Shown here piece after piece: positions 1-9,820 of a stretch of 64,000 nt of DNA. The position numbers and the translations under genes are program-made. Numbering within the stretch: position 1 is the stretch's first letter; every line of letters starts with the position of its first letter. Source of the stretch: a virus. Its lineage: Duplodnaviria > Caudoviricetes. The notes beneath the pieces were generated by a model, which searched no databases, had not been told where the DNA came from, and saw only the letters and a list, made by a program, of their open reading frames with translations. The DNA lies in the IMG/VR virus record IMGVR_UViG_3300021139_000006, positions 6,646-70,645 of that record. One strand, given 5' to 3'.

Positions 1-1085
1 CCTTTGTTATTAGCAACCCTACCCTTCATACTATCTGATAACTTTTTTATATACGCAGCATAAGCTTCCGGTTCATCATCCTGATCAATCGGAGAGCCTC
101 CACCTTGTGTCTTTAATGTTCTATTATATCCATTCTTGAAGCTATCAAAAAAGTTTATCCACCTAAGCTCTTTTTTGATAGCTTCAGATTTATCATCAGC
201 TAAATCTATAACTTCAGCTTTCATGTTATCCCAACCGTATTTCTGTACAGCATAGTATAATCCTACAGTAGCCGACCTTTCAGATACTTTTTTATGCTGT
301 GACATCCTGTGATAAAAATTTACAGTTCTTCCAATATAACATTTACCAGACGGAGATGTTATCTTATAGATAAAATGCCTACCTTCCTTAAGCAAGGAGT
401 CGTAGTCATAGGCGAAATAATCAACACCTTCTTTAAATACTTTCAACTCTTTCTTTTTAGAAAATTGGTCTTTTTCTTTTTTAGCTACAGGAGTCTTAGT
501 TTTAGGTTTCTTGTAATTAACTAAGCCGTTTTCCGAGTAATACACTTCTCTAGATATTTCTTTTGTCTTTTTTGAAAGAATCTCTTCCATACCTGTAGCT
601 TCTCTGAATTCCTCCATAGTCATCCCATGCTTCTGTATGTGTGTATTTCTGATAGCTTTAAAATACTTCATGCAAATAGGGCATTGAATTCTGTTGTCAG
701 GTGATTCTGCCAGCTCTTTTTGCCTATTTAAGATTAGCAACTGGGTATTGAATAAATGCTTTTCGCTAGGGTACTGCTCTAAATAGTCTTTTATCTCTGT
801 CTTATGATGATTTGTAATGTGCCCTGTAAGCATCCCACTCTTATTAGTTGCATCTTTAAATACTTTGTTGCATATTTTACAATAGCATCTTGGGACATCT
901 TTGTAAGGATTGTCTATTATATCATAGTAATCTAGGCAATTTTCAAACTTTATACCTAACTTAGTTAAGTATTGCTTTAATCCCATGTTTACACTCCCTT
1001 CTGTGTACTTAAGTTCATTTCCGTCAATTTTACACACGGCTAATTTTTCCCAAGTCTCTACTCCTCGCTTATCTTTTGTCTTCAT
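1..1085 (-). CDS. Zinc-finger + GIY-YIG endonuclease, probably homing (runs off the left edge; absent from ORF track)
   Basis: Manual translation from ATG at 1085: two C2H2-like motifs (CKICNKVF..GHITNHH; CPICMKYF..THIQKH), then FIYKITSPSGKCYIGRT..R..QH..KELRWI..GYN, a GIY-YIG signature. Confidence 0.85.
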   Translation of the reverse strand, partial: MKTKDKRGVETWEKLAVCKIDGNELKYTEGSVNMGLKQYLTKLGIKFENCLDYYDIIDNPYKDVPRCYCKICNKVFKDATNKSGMLTGHITNHHKTEIKDYLEQYPSEKHLFNTQLLILNRQKELAESPDNRIQCPICMKYFKAIRNTHIQKHGMTMEEFREATGMEEILSKKTKEISREVYYSENGLVNYKKPKTKTPVAKKEKDQFSKKKELKVFKEGVDYFAYDYDSLLKEGRHFIYKITSPSGKCYIGRTVNFYHRMSQHKKVSERSATVGLYYAVQKYGWDNMKAEVIDLADDKSEAIKKELRWINFFDSFKNGYNRTLKTQGGGSPIDQDDEPEAYAAYIKKLSDSMKGRVANNK

Positions 1086-1244
1086 CTTCGATGTTTTACC
1101 TTAATAAATATAAGCAAAGGTAATGTATCTAGTTTACATGGAAAAATTTATTTTGAATTATGCGGAATAATGGTTATAATTTAGTCTATTTTGGAAGTAT
1201 TCATATTTTGAATTCTTTGGATAGAAATGTTTTTTAATCTTTCT

Positions 1245-1277
1245 AAAATGAAAGAGCCACTCTGTTAGAAGTGGCTC
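1245..1277 (-). terminator. Intrinsic terminator after the major capsid gene
   Basis: GAGCCACT/AGTGGCTC stem followed on the minus strand by TTTCATTTT. Confidence 0.7.
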
Positions 1278-1307
1278 ATTTTCAATGGTTTATATGGTTA
1301 ATTAATA

Positions 1308-2990
1308 CTAGAACGTGTTGAAATCTGCAACTAAAATTTTTCCAAAAAATTCCTGCCTCAGAATTAGCTTTGCATAACGGGTCATTAATCCCTTACTAAG
1401 CGCGAATGTCTTAGGATCATACACAAGTGGAGTAGAAATCAATGGAATGTATGGAGCAAATACCCCACCGCTATCCAAGTAATTAGCTCCCTTGAAGCCC
1501 ATGATGATAGCATTCTCTTGCATATAGGCGTTTACAAGTATTTTGAATTTACCATTCAATTTACCAGCTTCTTTACTACCGAATGCATATTCCATTTTAG
1601 AACCGTCAGTTCCAGCAGCGTAACCAGCGATTGACTCGATGATTGCAGCAACTTTTGGAGATACCATTGCAACGTTAGCTTCACCTCTTTGAGTTTTAGC
1701 ATGGATTGCACGTGATACTTTTTGCATTTTAGTACCCAAAGTTTGGAACCAGTCTTGTTGGCTATTGTAATAACCACCTGCAGTAGCACCTACTTGAGAG
1801 AATGTGTTAGTACTAGAGTTGAATATTGTGTTGTTAACTGCTGACCAAACCTCTACAGTTTGAACTGCTGCTAAATCAATCATATCAATCAATTCTAAGT
1901 CAATTTCACGAGAAATGTACTCGCTCAACAAACTTGTAGCTTCAGCTTCGATATCAATGCTTTGGAAAGCGTTGTAATCTTGTTGAGCTTCTTGAGTGTA
2001 TGAGTATTTCAACTTACGAGTCTTGGCAGTGATACTTACACTTGTAGGTGCAATATCAATTTCAGGAATTGAATTACTACCTGTCAATGGAGTGTTAGGA
2101 GTGTCTTCGAAGTCACCACGGAAGTTACCGTTAGTTTGTACTGAGTAGTAAGAAACTACACTACCTGTAGGAGTAGTTGTACCAGATTGAACTGAGATAC
2201 TACCTGTTACTAGGATACTTAATTGGTCAAAAGTACTATTGTAAGAAGTAAACTCAGGGTAGATTGTAGCTTCAGAAATCTGGCCTAAAGAACCTGTGAA
2301 TACGAATGATCTAACTGCAGTAGAGTCAAAGTTAGTAAGGATAGTAGATGCACTAGCAATAGTTATTTTACGTAGACCGTTAGCAGCTACTGATGCAGAT
2401 ACGTTAGCATTGTAGTTAGTGTCTGCGTAAGAAGCTGTTGTTACTGTCATTGATTGTGAAGGGATAGTTGCGATGTACTCATTGATTGAGAAACCGAACT
2501 TACCAGCACCATACAAACCGCCAAATGGATCAACACCTGGAGTGTTAGTAGTACCATATACGCTTTGACCTAAGTTGAAACGGCTACCAGCTGTACCACC
2601 ATTGATGTTAGGTTGTTGGTTGTTGTATTGGAAGTCTAGGTAGAATACAAGACCGTAAGGCATGCTCATTGGTTGTGTACTCAAGAATTCTTTTGCAGAA
2701 ATCTCAGCAAATACTTTACGAACCATTGGCAAAACGATACCTGCCCATTGTTCACCAGCTCCTGGAGTGAAGTTAGCTCCACCTTTGTTGGTTGTTTGTT
2801 CTTCTACAAGGATTTGCTTGTTTTGGTTCTCAAGCAAAAGAGCCATGTTTCTTTTTTCGTATGGGTGTTGCTTCATAGCTGTACCGTCTAATAGACCGGT
2901 AGGTGCCCATTTTTGTTCTAATCTTGAAAGGACTTGCATTTTGTCCTCCATGTTTCTAGATGATTCTAGTAATTTTGAGATTGTACTCAT
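1308..2990 (-). CDS. gp23: Major capsid protein, T4 gp23-like
   Basis: KWAPTGLL, ALLLENQ, TQPMSMPYGLVFYLDF, AKTRKLK, FAPYIPL and GLMTRYA are gp23-family motifs. Confidence 0.96.
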   Translation of the reverse strand: MSTISKLLESSRNMEDKMQVLSRLEQKWAPTGLLDGTAMKQHPYEKRNMALLLENQNKQILVEEQTTNKGGANFTPGAGEQWAGIVLPMVRKVFAEISAKEFLSTQPMSMPYGLVFYLDFQYNNQQPNINGGTAGSRFNLGQSVYGTTNTPGVDPFGGLYGAGKFGFSINEYIATIPSQSMTVTTASYADTNYNANVSASVAANGLRKITIASASTILTNFDSTAVRSFVFTGSLGQISEATIYPEFTSYNSTFDQLSILVTGSISVQSGTTTPTGSVVSYYSVQTNGNFRGDFEDTPNTPLTGSNSIPEIDIAPTSVSITAKTRKLKYSYTQEAQQDYNAFQSIDIEAEATSLLSEYISREIDLELIDMIDLAAVQTVEVWSAVNNTIFNSSTNTFSQVGATAGGYYNSQQDWFQTLGTKMQKVSRAIHAKTQRGEANVAMVSPKVAAIIESIAGYAAGTDGSKMEYAFGSKEAGKLNGKFKILVNAYMQENAIIMGFKGANYLDSGGVFAPYIPLISTPLVYDPKTFALSKGLMTRYAKLILRQEFFGKILVADFNTF

Positions 2991-3020
2991 GTTTTTCTGT
3001 TTTTGTTTTTGGGTTTTTAA

Positions 3021-4283
3021 TTAGTCTTTAATACCTGCTCTCTTACGGAATACGTCAGCTTCAGGTAAGTAGTTGATTGTTGTTGTTTTTGCGTTTTCAA
3101 ATAAGATATCAGAAGTTTTTTGTCTGAAACCTAAAGATTCTGCGATAGTTTGTTTTTTCTTTACAGGAGTGATTGAAGATTTCAATACTTCGTAAGTTGC
3201 TTTTGCACCTTCTACTGATTTTACTTTGTCAAATGCAGTGATTGCCTTTGCCTTATGTGCTTCAGTTAAGTTAGGGAGAACCAATACTTTGTTCAAATAC
3301 ATGTTCTTAGCTGCAAACAATTTCATTTCGTTTAATTCGCTCTTCAATTGTTTAGCAAGTCTAACTTCTTCTAGGTGTTCTGTGCTAACATTTTTGCTAC
3401 CTGCAGCTTTAACATCACTTTCTTTACTAGAATTAATGTCTTTACCTTTCTCAGCACCTTTACCAGCTTGATAGGCTTTAGCCATATCGTCTACTAGTTG
3501 GTGTAATACTTTAATGTGGTCTTTAGAGAATCCTTTAGCTGGAGAGCTTGAATGAGCCATTTTACCTTTCTCTGCACCTTTAGCGATTTCTGGACCAGGG
3601 TTACCAAATCCTTTTTTCTCTTTTAGTTCATCTGGTTCGTAACCTTCTTCCTCTTCATAAGCTTCATCCATTTCGTCTTCAGAATCCATTTCAGCTAAGA
3701 TAGCATCGATGTCATATTCTTCATCTAAATCATTTTCTTCAATGTTTTCTTGATCTTCTTCTTGCTCCTCTTCGCTTTCACCTTTTTCTTCAGCATCTTT
3801 TTTAGCTTGACCCTTAGCGTCTTCTTCTTTATCTTCTTCAGAATCCTCGTAGTCTTCACCTTCAGATAATCTTTCAATTTCAGCTAGAGCTTCGTCAAGG
3901 TCAAACGCTTCTTCCATTGCAGACTCTTCTTCTTCTGTTTCTTTCATATCTTCTTCACCTTGTGATTCTTCACTCAATGCACCTTTGATAGCAGCGATAG
4001 TGGTTTCATCAAGACCAAGTTTTTTAAGTCTTTCCATCATGTTACCTTTAAGGGCTGTGTTAGTGTTCATTGGATTTTTTTGATTAGAAGTTTCACCAGC
4101 CCCTGCGTAGTAGTTTTCATCTTCTTCTTCTGTTTCACCTAAGTCTTCGTTAAGTTGTTTTGAAAGAAGTTTCTCGATTTCAGGAGTGATTTTTTCGTGA
4201 AGAGATTGTTTGGCTTCTTCGATTGCCATTGCTTTCAGTTGCTTTGCGTCTGCAAGAGCTTCCTCTAATACAGTTTTTTTCAT
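3021..4283 (-). CDS. Prohead core scaffolding protein (gp22-like)
   Basis: Very acidic and coiled-coil, many L-x-E sites, lies between protease and capsid genes. Confidence 0.8.
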   Translation of the reverse strand: MKKTVLEEALADAKQLKAMAIEEAKQSLHEKITPEIEKLLSKQLNEDLGETEEEDENYYAGAGETSNQKNPMNTNTALKGNMMERLKKLGLDETTIAAIKGALSEESQGEEDMKETEEEESAMEEAFDLDEALAEIERLSEGEDYEDSEEDKEEDAKGQAKKDAEEKGESEEEQEEDQENIEENDLDEEYDIDAILAEMDSEDEMDEAYEEEEGYEPDELKEKKGFGNPGPEIAKGAEKGKMAHSSSPAKGFSKDHIKVLHQLVDDMAKAYQAGKGAEKGKDINSSKESDVKAAGSKNVSTEHLEEVRLAKQLKSELNEMKLFAAKNMYLNKVLVLPNLTEAHKAKAITAFDKVKSVEGAKATYEVLKSSITPVKKKQTIAESLGFRQKTSDILFENAKTTTINYLPEADVFRKRAGIKD

Positions 4284-4424
4284 TTTGTTTTTTGGGTTTG
4301 TTTTAGTTTCTGTACCTATTAGGGGAGGGGGTACAATAGAATTTTTACTTATTATCTTCGGTCATCTATAGAAAGGTGACAATATGAAGTTATGTAAAGG
4401 GGTAATTGGTGTACCCCTATAATA

Positions 4425-4432
4425 ATAAATAT
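4425..4432 (-). promoter_or_regulatory. Putative late promoter ATATTTAT for the scaffold-capsid operon
   Basis: The same 8-mer occurs upstream of many structural genes (see findings). Confidence 0.6.
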
Positions 4433-4450
4433 ACAGCAATAAGAGGTGAA

Positions 4451-5065
4451 CTATTTTTTATCTAATCTACAAGGGCAAAAGTTGCTATTAGCACAGATAA
4501 TCCCATGTATTATATCGTCAATCTTACTGTATTTATTTGTAATAATGCTTGCGCCTTCGTTCAATGAAAGTGTAGAACCTTGAGTGGATTCAAAAGAAAC
4601 TGCATCAAAACACAGCATCTCTAAATCATCCTGGACCATTATGGCCTCATTTGTTTCCATTACACTTCCCTGAGCTCTAGAACTGATTCCAAAAGGAATT
4701 TTCTTGATAGCTAGTTCTTTAAGTATTTTACCGGAGGGTGTGTCTAGTATCTCTACGTCTCCGTATACTTCGTCACCTTCCCAGTGCATCTCGGTAATGA
4801 TATGAGATACGTTCTTAAGCTCAACTACCATGTTTGATTCATGATCTAGCTCGCCTAGTGCTCTTCTGGTCTTTACGAATTCTTCGTTGTATTTTGATAA
4901 TACACGCTCAAGTACAGTTCTTGGATAGATTCTTCCGTTTCTATTCTTTGCATTAGCTCTTTGAAGCAATATATGCCTAAATACAATTGGAGCATTAGGT
5001 AAGGATGCAGCTTCGTTTAACTGATAATCGCTAAGGGTGACTGGGAAATATTCGGTAAGTATCAT
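4451..5065 (-). CDS. gp21: Prohead core protease, T4 gp21-like
   Basis: NRNGRIYP, ALGELDH, NVSHII, LDTPSG and GISSRAQGS motifs. Confidence 0.95.
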   Translation of the reverse strand: MILTEYFPVTLSDYQLNEAASLPNAPIVFRHILLQRANAKNRNGRIYPRTVLERVLSKYNEEFVKTRRALGELDHESNMVVELKNVSHIITEMHWEGDEVYGDVEILDTPSGKILKELAIKKIPFGISSRAQGSVMETNEAIMVQDDLEMLCFDAVSFESTQGSTLSLNEGASIITNKYSKIDDIIHGIICANSNFCPCRLDKK

Positions 5066-8000
5066 TAGATTCTGTATTTTGCTTTTAAGTCTTCTAAAGC
5101 CTGTTGTAACTCCTCTTTATGTTTACAATTAGGTTGTGATAATTTATATTTAACAAAGGCAACTGCAATCTTATGCTCTTTTTTACCTGGATTAAAATAG
5201 GTGTTTTGTAAGTATTCTGTGAATGGAGTTATTCCAGTCTTAGGTACGCACTTTTTATAAATATCATTTAATGTTTCAAGTATGTTCTGTTGGTTAGGGG
5301 TGAAAGAAGGTTTTTCTGATTCAAAAACCTCTTTGGTTTTACGTTTAACAGGCTCTACATTACCATCTCCATCTATATAAGTACGGTCATCGTCTGGAAC
5401 TTGTACCGGATTAAAAATTTGAGCTCTTACATCATATGGGGCACATCCTAGTGCTTTTGCATATTTGTTGTAGAGGTCTATTCCAGGTTGTCCCATTTGT
5501 CTGATTAACTGATCAATCTTTACTAGTCTTTCTGAGTCTATTCTGTTTGTGTATACAGAAGTGTGGTCAGTGTAGTTTTGGTTATCAGCCGGAGTATTGT
5601 TTCTCAGTTCTCTTTCTAAATCGTCTTTATCCACTAGTCTTCCTTGTGGATATGGTACGAACATACCTAGAGAAGGAGTGTAGAGGTCTTCTAGGAGTCT
5701 TTCTTTAAGTACCTCAACTATAAACTGCTCTTTTAGTCCTTTGGTTATTTTTATTTTCTTTAGTTTTTGTACTAAATTGTCTATACTACCTTCGTTCTCT
5801 AAATTAATTATTACCGGGAATGATTTTACATTAGCTTTTGCTGTATCCTTTAGTTTATTTATGACACTGGCTAATAAACTATCTTTCTTCTTTATTTCTT
5901 TGTTATAAGCTACCTTTACTGCAGGGTCTACTCTTATAATAATTTTGTTTCTGATTAAATTACCTTCTTCATTTTTTTCTTCCGGAATTGTAATAGATTC
6001 AACTGGTTTAGCTAGTGCTTTCATGGTAGTAGCTACATACCTAGCTGGCTTGCCATAAGGAATTAGTTCTTCCTTCTCACCTCCGGTAAAGTCAAGTTCT
6101 CCTTGCTTAGCAGCTACTTGTTCTCCAGATTTTTTAACAGGCGTCTTACTACTCTTCTCCTTTTCTGTCTTAGCTTTAACTCCTTTTCCTCCTTCTTCTC
6201 CTGCTGCTTGAGTGAGTTTTTTACCTGTTTTTGTATTTGTCTTTGGTTCATTTTTTGTATTTACTGGCTCTGTTGTTTTTACTCTAGGTGTACCTTTTCT
6301 TGCTAATTCTAGTTTTTCTTTGCTACTTAATTCATCCCAACTCCTCTCTGTAACTCCTTTTCTTCCTAATTCTAGTTTTTGCATTAAGGTTAATTCAGAA
6401 AAATCCTTAGAGGTATCTTTAGGAGATAATTCAATTGGTTTAGAAGTATTTGAACTATTGAATCTATTCAATAATTCTTTTGCTCTTTTATCTGCCAGTT
6501 TACTAATTTCCAAATCAGACATACCATCTGTTGCTTTTGGTGCCTGTGTTCTCACAAATTCAAGTTTATCTTTTAGAGGTAAGTCCTTGAACTCAGTTGG
6601 GTTGTTTATGATGAAAGGTACGTCTGCTGGTGATTTTTCTTCTTCTTTAGGCTTTTCTTCGGGAGTTGTTATGTTGGGATTAAGCTCTATTGTATTACTA
6701 CTTTTTGTTAATTCTCGGGTTCCCTCTGGTTCTTCTTCTTCTTCTTTTTCTTCTTCCCCTTTAGTGCCTGTTAGATTAAGCACTATTTCATCACTACTTT
6801 TTGTTGGTTCTGTACTGCCACCTTCTTCATTATCCTCTTGGTCTCTTTTTGGTTCATCACTAACACTATCTTCTTCTGTTTCTGGTGCAGTCTTCATTAA
6901 ATTATAAAAGTCATTTAAAGTTGCATATCTAGAATCGTTATTTTTTGCAAATTTAAAAGTCCCTTTAGCTGCAAAATAAAGTACCCCCAATGATGATAAT
7001 AAAGCCGCTACTGCTGCTGCATTTTGACCTGCACTGTGATGCACGACATGTTTTACTGCATGTGCTGCTTGTTTAATAGTATCACCATGTTGTGTCACAT
7101 GTGTTGATGCATTACCCGCTAATTTTGCTACTGCGTTTGCTATCTTTTCTGTGGTAGTTGGTGGTAGTTTAACTGAAAATAAACCTTTATTTCCGAAGGT
7201 TCCAGCAGATTTAGTGAATACATCACCCATCTTACCCCCGTGAGAAATTAAGTCCTTGAGCTTATCAGCTTGCTGATCAACAGACCCTGCACCATTATTG
7301 GTAAATAGTTTTTTAGTTACTTCAAGACCTTTTTCGTAATTACCTCCACCTACTTTTTCTATGGCAGATTTAAGATTATTAACGCTTTGATGTTGGTTTA
7401 AGCTTATACCTGTCATCTTTTGCAAGATTTGGGTAAAGCCATCGGCTGCGGTTACAGCTACATTTTCATTCAGAGATTCATTAAAGGCTTTATAAGTACT
7501 TGCTAATTCAGAGTCTTTTAGAGTTTTTACGTACAGCTTAATACCAACTACTAGCTTATTAGCTAAAATAGGGTCCATATAGCCTTGTTCACTTGGGTCT
7601 AAAGTAGCAGCATGCTTTATAGAATAGTACGTATCATATATAAATTCACAACCTTGGTTAAACTTTTCAATTGATTCTCCGTTAGGAAATTTTGGATCTA
7701 TTTTATTTAAAGCTGACTCTAACTTATCTAATTCATCATTAACAGCTTGGTCAGATATACTATTCAACTTATCTTCTAAAGCTTTTCTTTCTTTTGATTT
7801 AGGCTTATATTTATGTAGTGATGCAGAAAGTGATTTTAATTTACTCCAAGCACCTTCATTAAGTTGGTTATCGGCTAAATTTTTTTTTTTGAAGTCTTCT
7901 AGTAACTTGGTCTTTAGTTTTTCGATTTTAACTCTGTCGGAGTCTTCTTTAGTATCTTCAGGTTTAGCCATCTTTACTGGCTTTACCTGGTGATTCTTAT

Positions 8001-8490
8001 CCTTGTAGTTTTCACCCTTGGATATGTCAATCATTTTTTTAGATTCTACTTCTTTATCTGTAGGGGCATGTTTACCCATTTCAATCTTAGTGTAGTAGAT
8101 TGCATCCTTCTTCAAGTTAGCTATAGCTTTCTTTTGTGCAGCAAGAATAACCTTATCGTCACTAAGGTCTTTTCCTTTTGCCTCATATCTCCATCCTTTT
8201 TCATATTCAAAAGGGTTAACTTGTTGAACCTGATGAGCAAAATCATCCGGTTTATCTAAATCACTAATGGACTCTTTCAGAACTGACATGAAGTTGAATT
8301 CTTTTTCTTCATTTTTATTTACAGTTTCTGTAATGAACCCTCTGTTTTTGAATATACTTACTACTTCCTCATAAGAGTTTAGGTGCGAGAACGTTCTGTT
8401 TAAACGTGAGTCTTCCTTTGCTTCTTTCAAGAAATCTGCTTTTGAGAACTCTCCGGCTACTACTTGTCTGTATCTTGTATTGATATCCAT
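5065..8490 (-). CDS. Large putative internal head protein (1141 aa)
   Basis: In the head cluster; multiple L/I/F-x-E sites, short internal repeats (ELTLMQKLELGRKG / ELSSKEKLELARKG) and one hydrophobic helix. Confidence 0.55.
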   Translation of the reverse strand: MDINTRYRQVVAGEFSKADFLKEAKEDSRLNRTFSHLNSYEEVVSIFKNRGFITETVNKNEEKEFNFMSVLKESISDLDKPDDFAHQVQQVNPFEYEKGWRYEAKGKDLSDDKVILAAQKKAIANLKKDAIYYTKIEMGKHAPTDKEVESKKMIDISKGENYKDKNHQVKPVKMAKPEDTKEDSDRVKIEKLKTKLLEDFKKKNLADNQLNEGAWSKLKSLSASLHKYKPKSKERKALEDKLNSISDQAVNDELDKLESALNKIDPKFPNGESIEKFNQGCEFIYDTYYSIKHAATLDPSEQGYMDPILANKLVVGIKLYVKTLKDSELASTYKAFNESLNENVAVTAADGFTQILQKMTGISLNQHQSVNNLKSAIEKVGGGNYEKGLEVTKKLFTNNGAGSVDQQADKLKDLISHGGKMGDVFTKSAGTFGNKGLFSVKLPPTTTEKIANAVAKLAGNASTHVTQHGDTIKQAAHAVKHVVHHSAGQNAAAVAALLSSLGVLYFAAKGTFKFAKNNDSRYATLNDFYNLMKTAPETEEDSVSDEPKRDQEDNEEGGSTEPTKSSDEIVLNLTGTKGEEEKEEEEEPEGTRELTKSSNTIELNPNITTPEEKPKEEEKSPADVPFIINNPTEFKDLPLKDKLEFVRTQAPKATDGMSDLEISKLADKRAKELLNRFNSSNTSKPIELSPKDTSKDFSELTLMQKLELGRKGVTERSWDELSSKEKLELARKGTPRVKTTEPVNTKNEPKTNTKTGKKLTQAAGEEGGKGVKAKTEKEKSSKTPVKKSGEQVAAKQGELDFTGGEKEELIPYGKPARYVATTMKALAKPVESITIPEEKNEEGNLIRNKIIIRVDPAVKVAYNKEIKKKDSLLASVINKLKDTAKANVKSFPVIINLENEGSIDNLVQKLKKIKITKGLKEQFIVEVLKERLLEDLYTPSLGMFVPYPQGRLVDKDDLERELRNNTPADNQNYTDHTSVYTNRIDSERLVKIDQLIRQMGQPGIDLYNKYAKALGCAPYDVRAQIFNPVQVPDDDRTYIDGDGNVEPVKRKTKEVFESEKPSFTPNQQNILETLNDIYKKCVPKTGITPFTEYLQNTYFNPGKKEHKIAVAFVKYKLSQPNCKHKEELQQALEDLKAKYRI

Positions 8491-8500
8491 TTAATTATTT

Positions 8501-8938
8501 TTAATATGTTGCGCTATAATATTCTAAAGCTATTGGTGTTGTACCTGAGTATACGTATGCTGATACTGAGGCTATGTGTTCTGTCCCACCTATCATCCAG
8601 GTGTTATTAATGATGTGTGAGTTTTGAGGCTGTAATTGTACTTCGTATGAACTAGAAATAGAGCCTGAAATTAATAAATTCAGAGTTCCTTGGGTATCTA
8701 TGTTTGTTAAACGTAAATAAGCCAGGGAAGAGGCTTCTATATTACCAGCAAGAGCACCTGCTAAAGAGCCTGTAAATGCTACTACTTGTGTAGTACCTCC
8801 TGTTGGTATGTTGAATATCCTGTTATCTACAGAAGCTATACTGACTTCAGTCTCTGCTACAGATGAATTTCTGTAATTGTTGTTTAGGAATATATCTTCT
8901 GAAATGTTTATTGTAAGGGTGGCCGGTACACTTGACAT
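8501..8938 (-). CDS. Hypothetical virion protein, beta-rich
   Basis: S/T-rich composition, head cluster context. Confidence 0.5.
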   Translation of the reverse strand: MSSVPATLTINISEDIFLNNNYRNSSVAETEVSIASVDNRIFNIPTGGTTQVVAFTGSLAGALAGNIEASSLAYLRLTNIDTQGTLNLLISGSISSSYEVQLQPQNSHIINNTWMIGGTEHIASVSAYVYSGTTPIALEYYSATY

Positions 8939-8940
8939 GA

Positions 8941-9786
8941 TTACTTTATTGTTTTACACTCCTTTAATAATTCAAAGTAGCTTAGTATATTACTAATGTC
9001 AGCTTCGCTGATATTCTTATTGGCCGGTATCTCTTCTATCAGTTTTGACACTTCCTGTAGTTTTACCTTCCGAACCTGGTCTGTCATTCCCTTTATTACC
9101 TTCTTGAGTTCTGTTTTGATTACTTTTATTTGAGTATTACAGTACTCTTTCAAGTTACTTGAAGTGGAAATATTGTTGATATACTCCTTTAAAAGATTCT
9201 TTTGATCATCGTTCAAGTCCCCGTACCTTTCGTTGAACTTATTCAGTGTCATTCTGTAAACAAGAGCTCTTGTACCTTTATCTGATTTTGAGAATTCTTC
9301 TATTAAACTGCTGTTTGAGGCTTCTTTTTTAGAAGTTATATGCTCAAGAATAGTTCCTTTGCACTTTGCGTATGTTTCTATATCTATATTAGAAGCTGAA
9401 TGCATTTCTAAAAGATTGTAAACTGAAGCAAGTACAGTGTAATCATCCACTTTAGCCTTAAAAAACTCTTCTAAATCGTAGTTCTTTTTTATCTCAGCAA
9501 TCAAATTATACTTATCCCGTTTTAGCTTATTTTTAGGTAATTTCTTGTAAGACTCTAAACAAGCATCAATAAGTACCTCTGCTTTTGCATCTGGAAGATT
9601 CCTAGCTTTAGTGATAGTATTGTAGATTTGATATTCCCTGAATATATCTGTGTTGTTGAAATACTCCCTGAGTATGGCAACCGAACTTGAATCCTCCTTT
9701 TTAGTTAAGGTATCCGTTGTGAACTGTCTTACTAACAATTCAAAAAGAAGTCCTGTATTACGTAGTTTGTTATGCTTAGATGCCAA
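8941..9786 (-). CDS. Hypothetical head-cluster protein
   Basis: 281-aa helical ORF directly downstream of portal, preceded by ATATTTAT. Confidence 0.6.
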   Translation of the reverse strand: MASKHNKLRNTGLLFELLVRQFTTDTLTKKEDSSSVAILREYFNNTDIFREYQIYNTITKARNLPDAKAEVLIDACLESYKKLPKNKLKRDKYNLIAEIKKNYDLEEFFKAKVDDYTVLASVYNLLEMHSASNIDIETYAKCKGTILEHITSKKEASNSSLIEEFSKSDKGTRALVYRMTLNKFNERYGDLNDDQKNLLKEYINNISTSSNLKEYCNTQIKVIKTELKKVIKGMTDQVRKVKLQEVSKLIEEIPANKNISEADISNILSYFELLKECKTIK

Positions 9787-9820
9787 GGCTTTAAAGTTTA
9801 GCTATAATAATAAATATCAA

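Noticed and set aside
6212-6907. Long antisense ORFs (also 2662-3024, 14624-15112, 22066-22443, 41929-42258 and similar)
   Set aside because: Shadow frames of well-supported genes on the opposite strand, with S/F/L-biased composition
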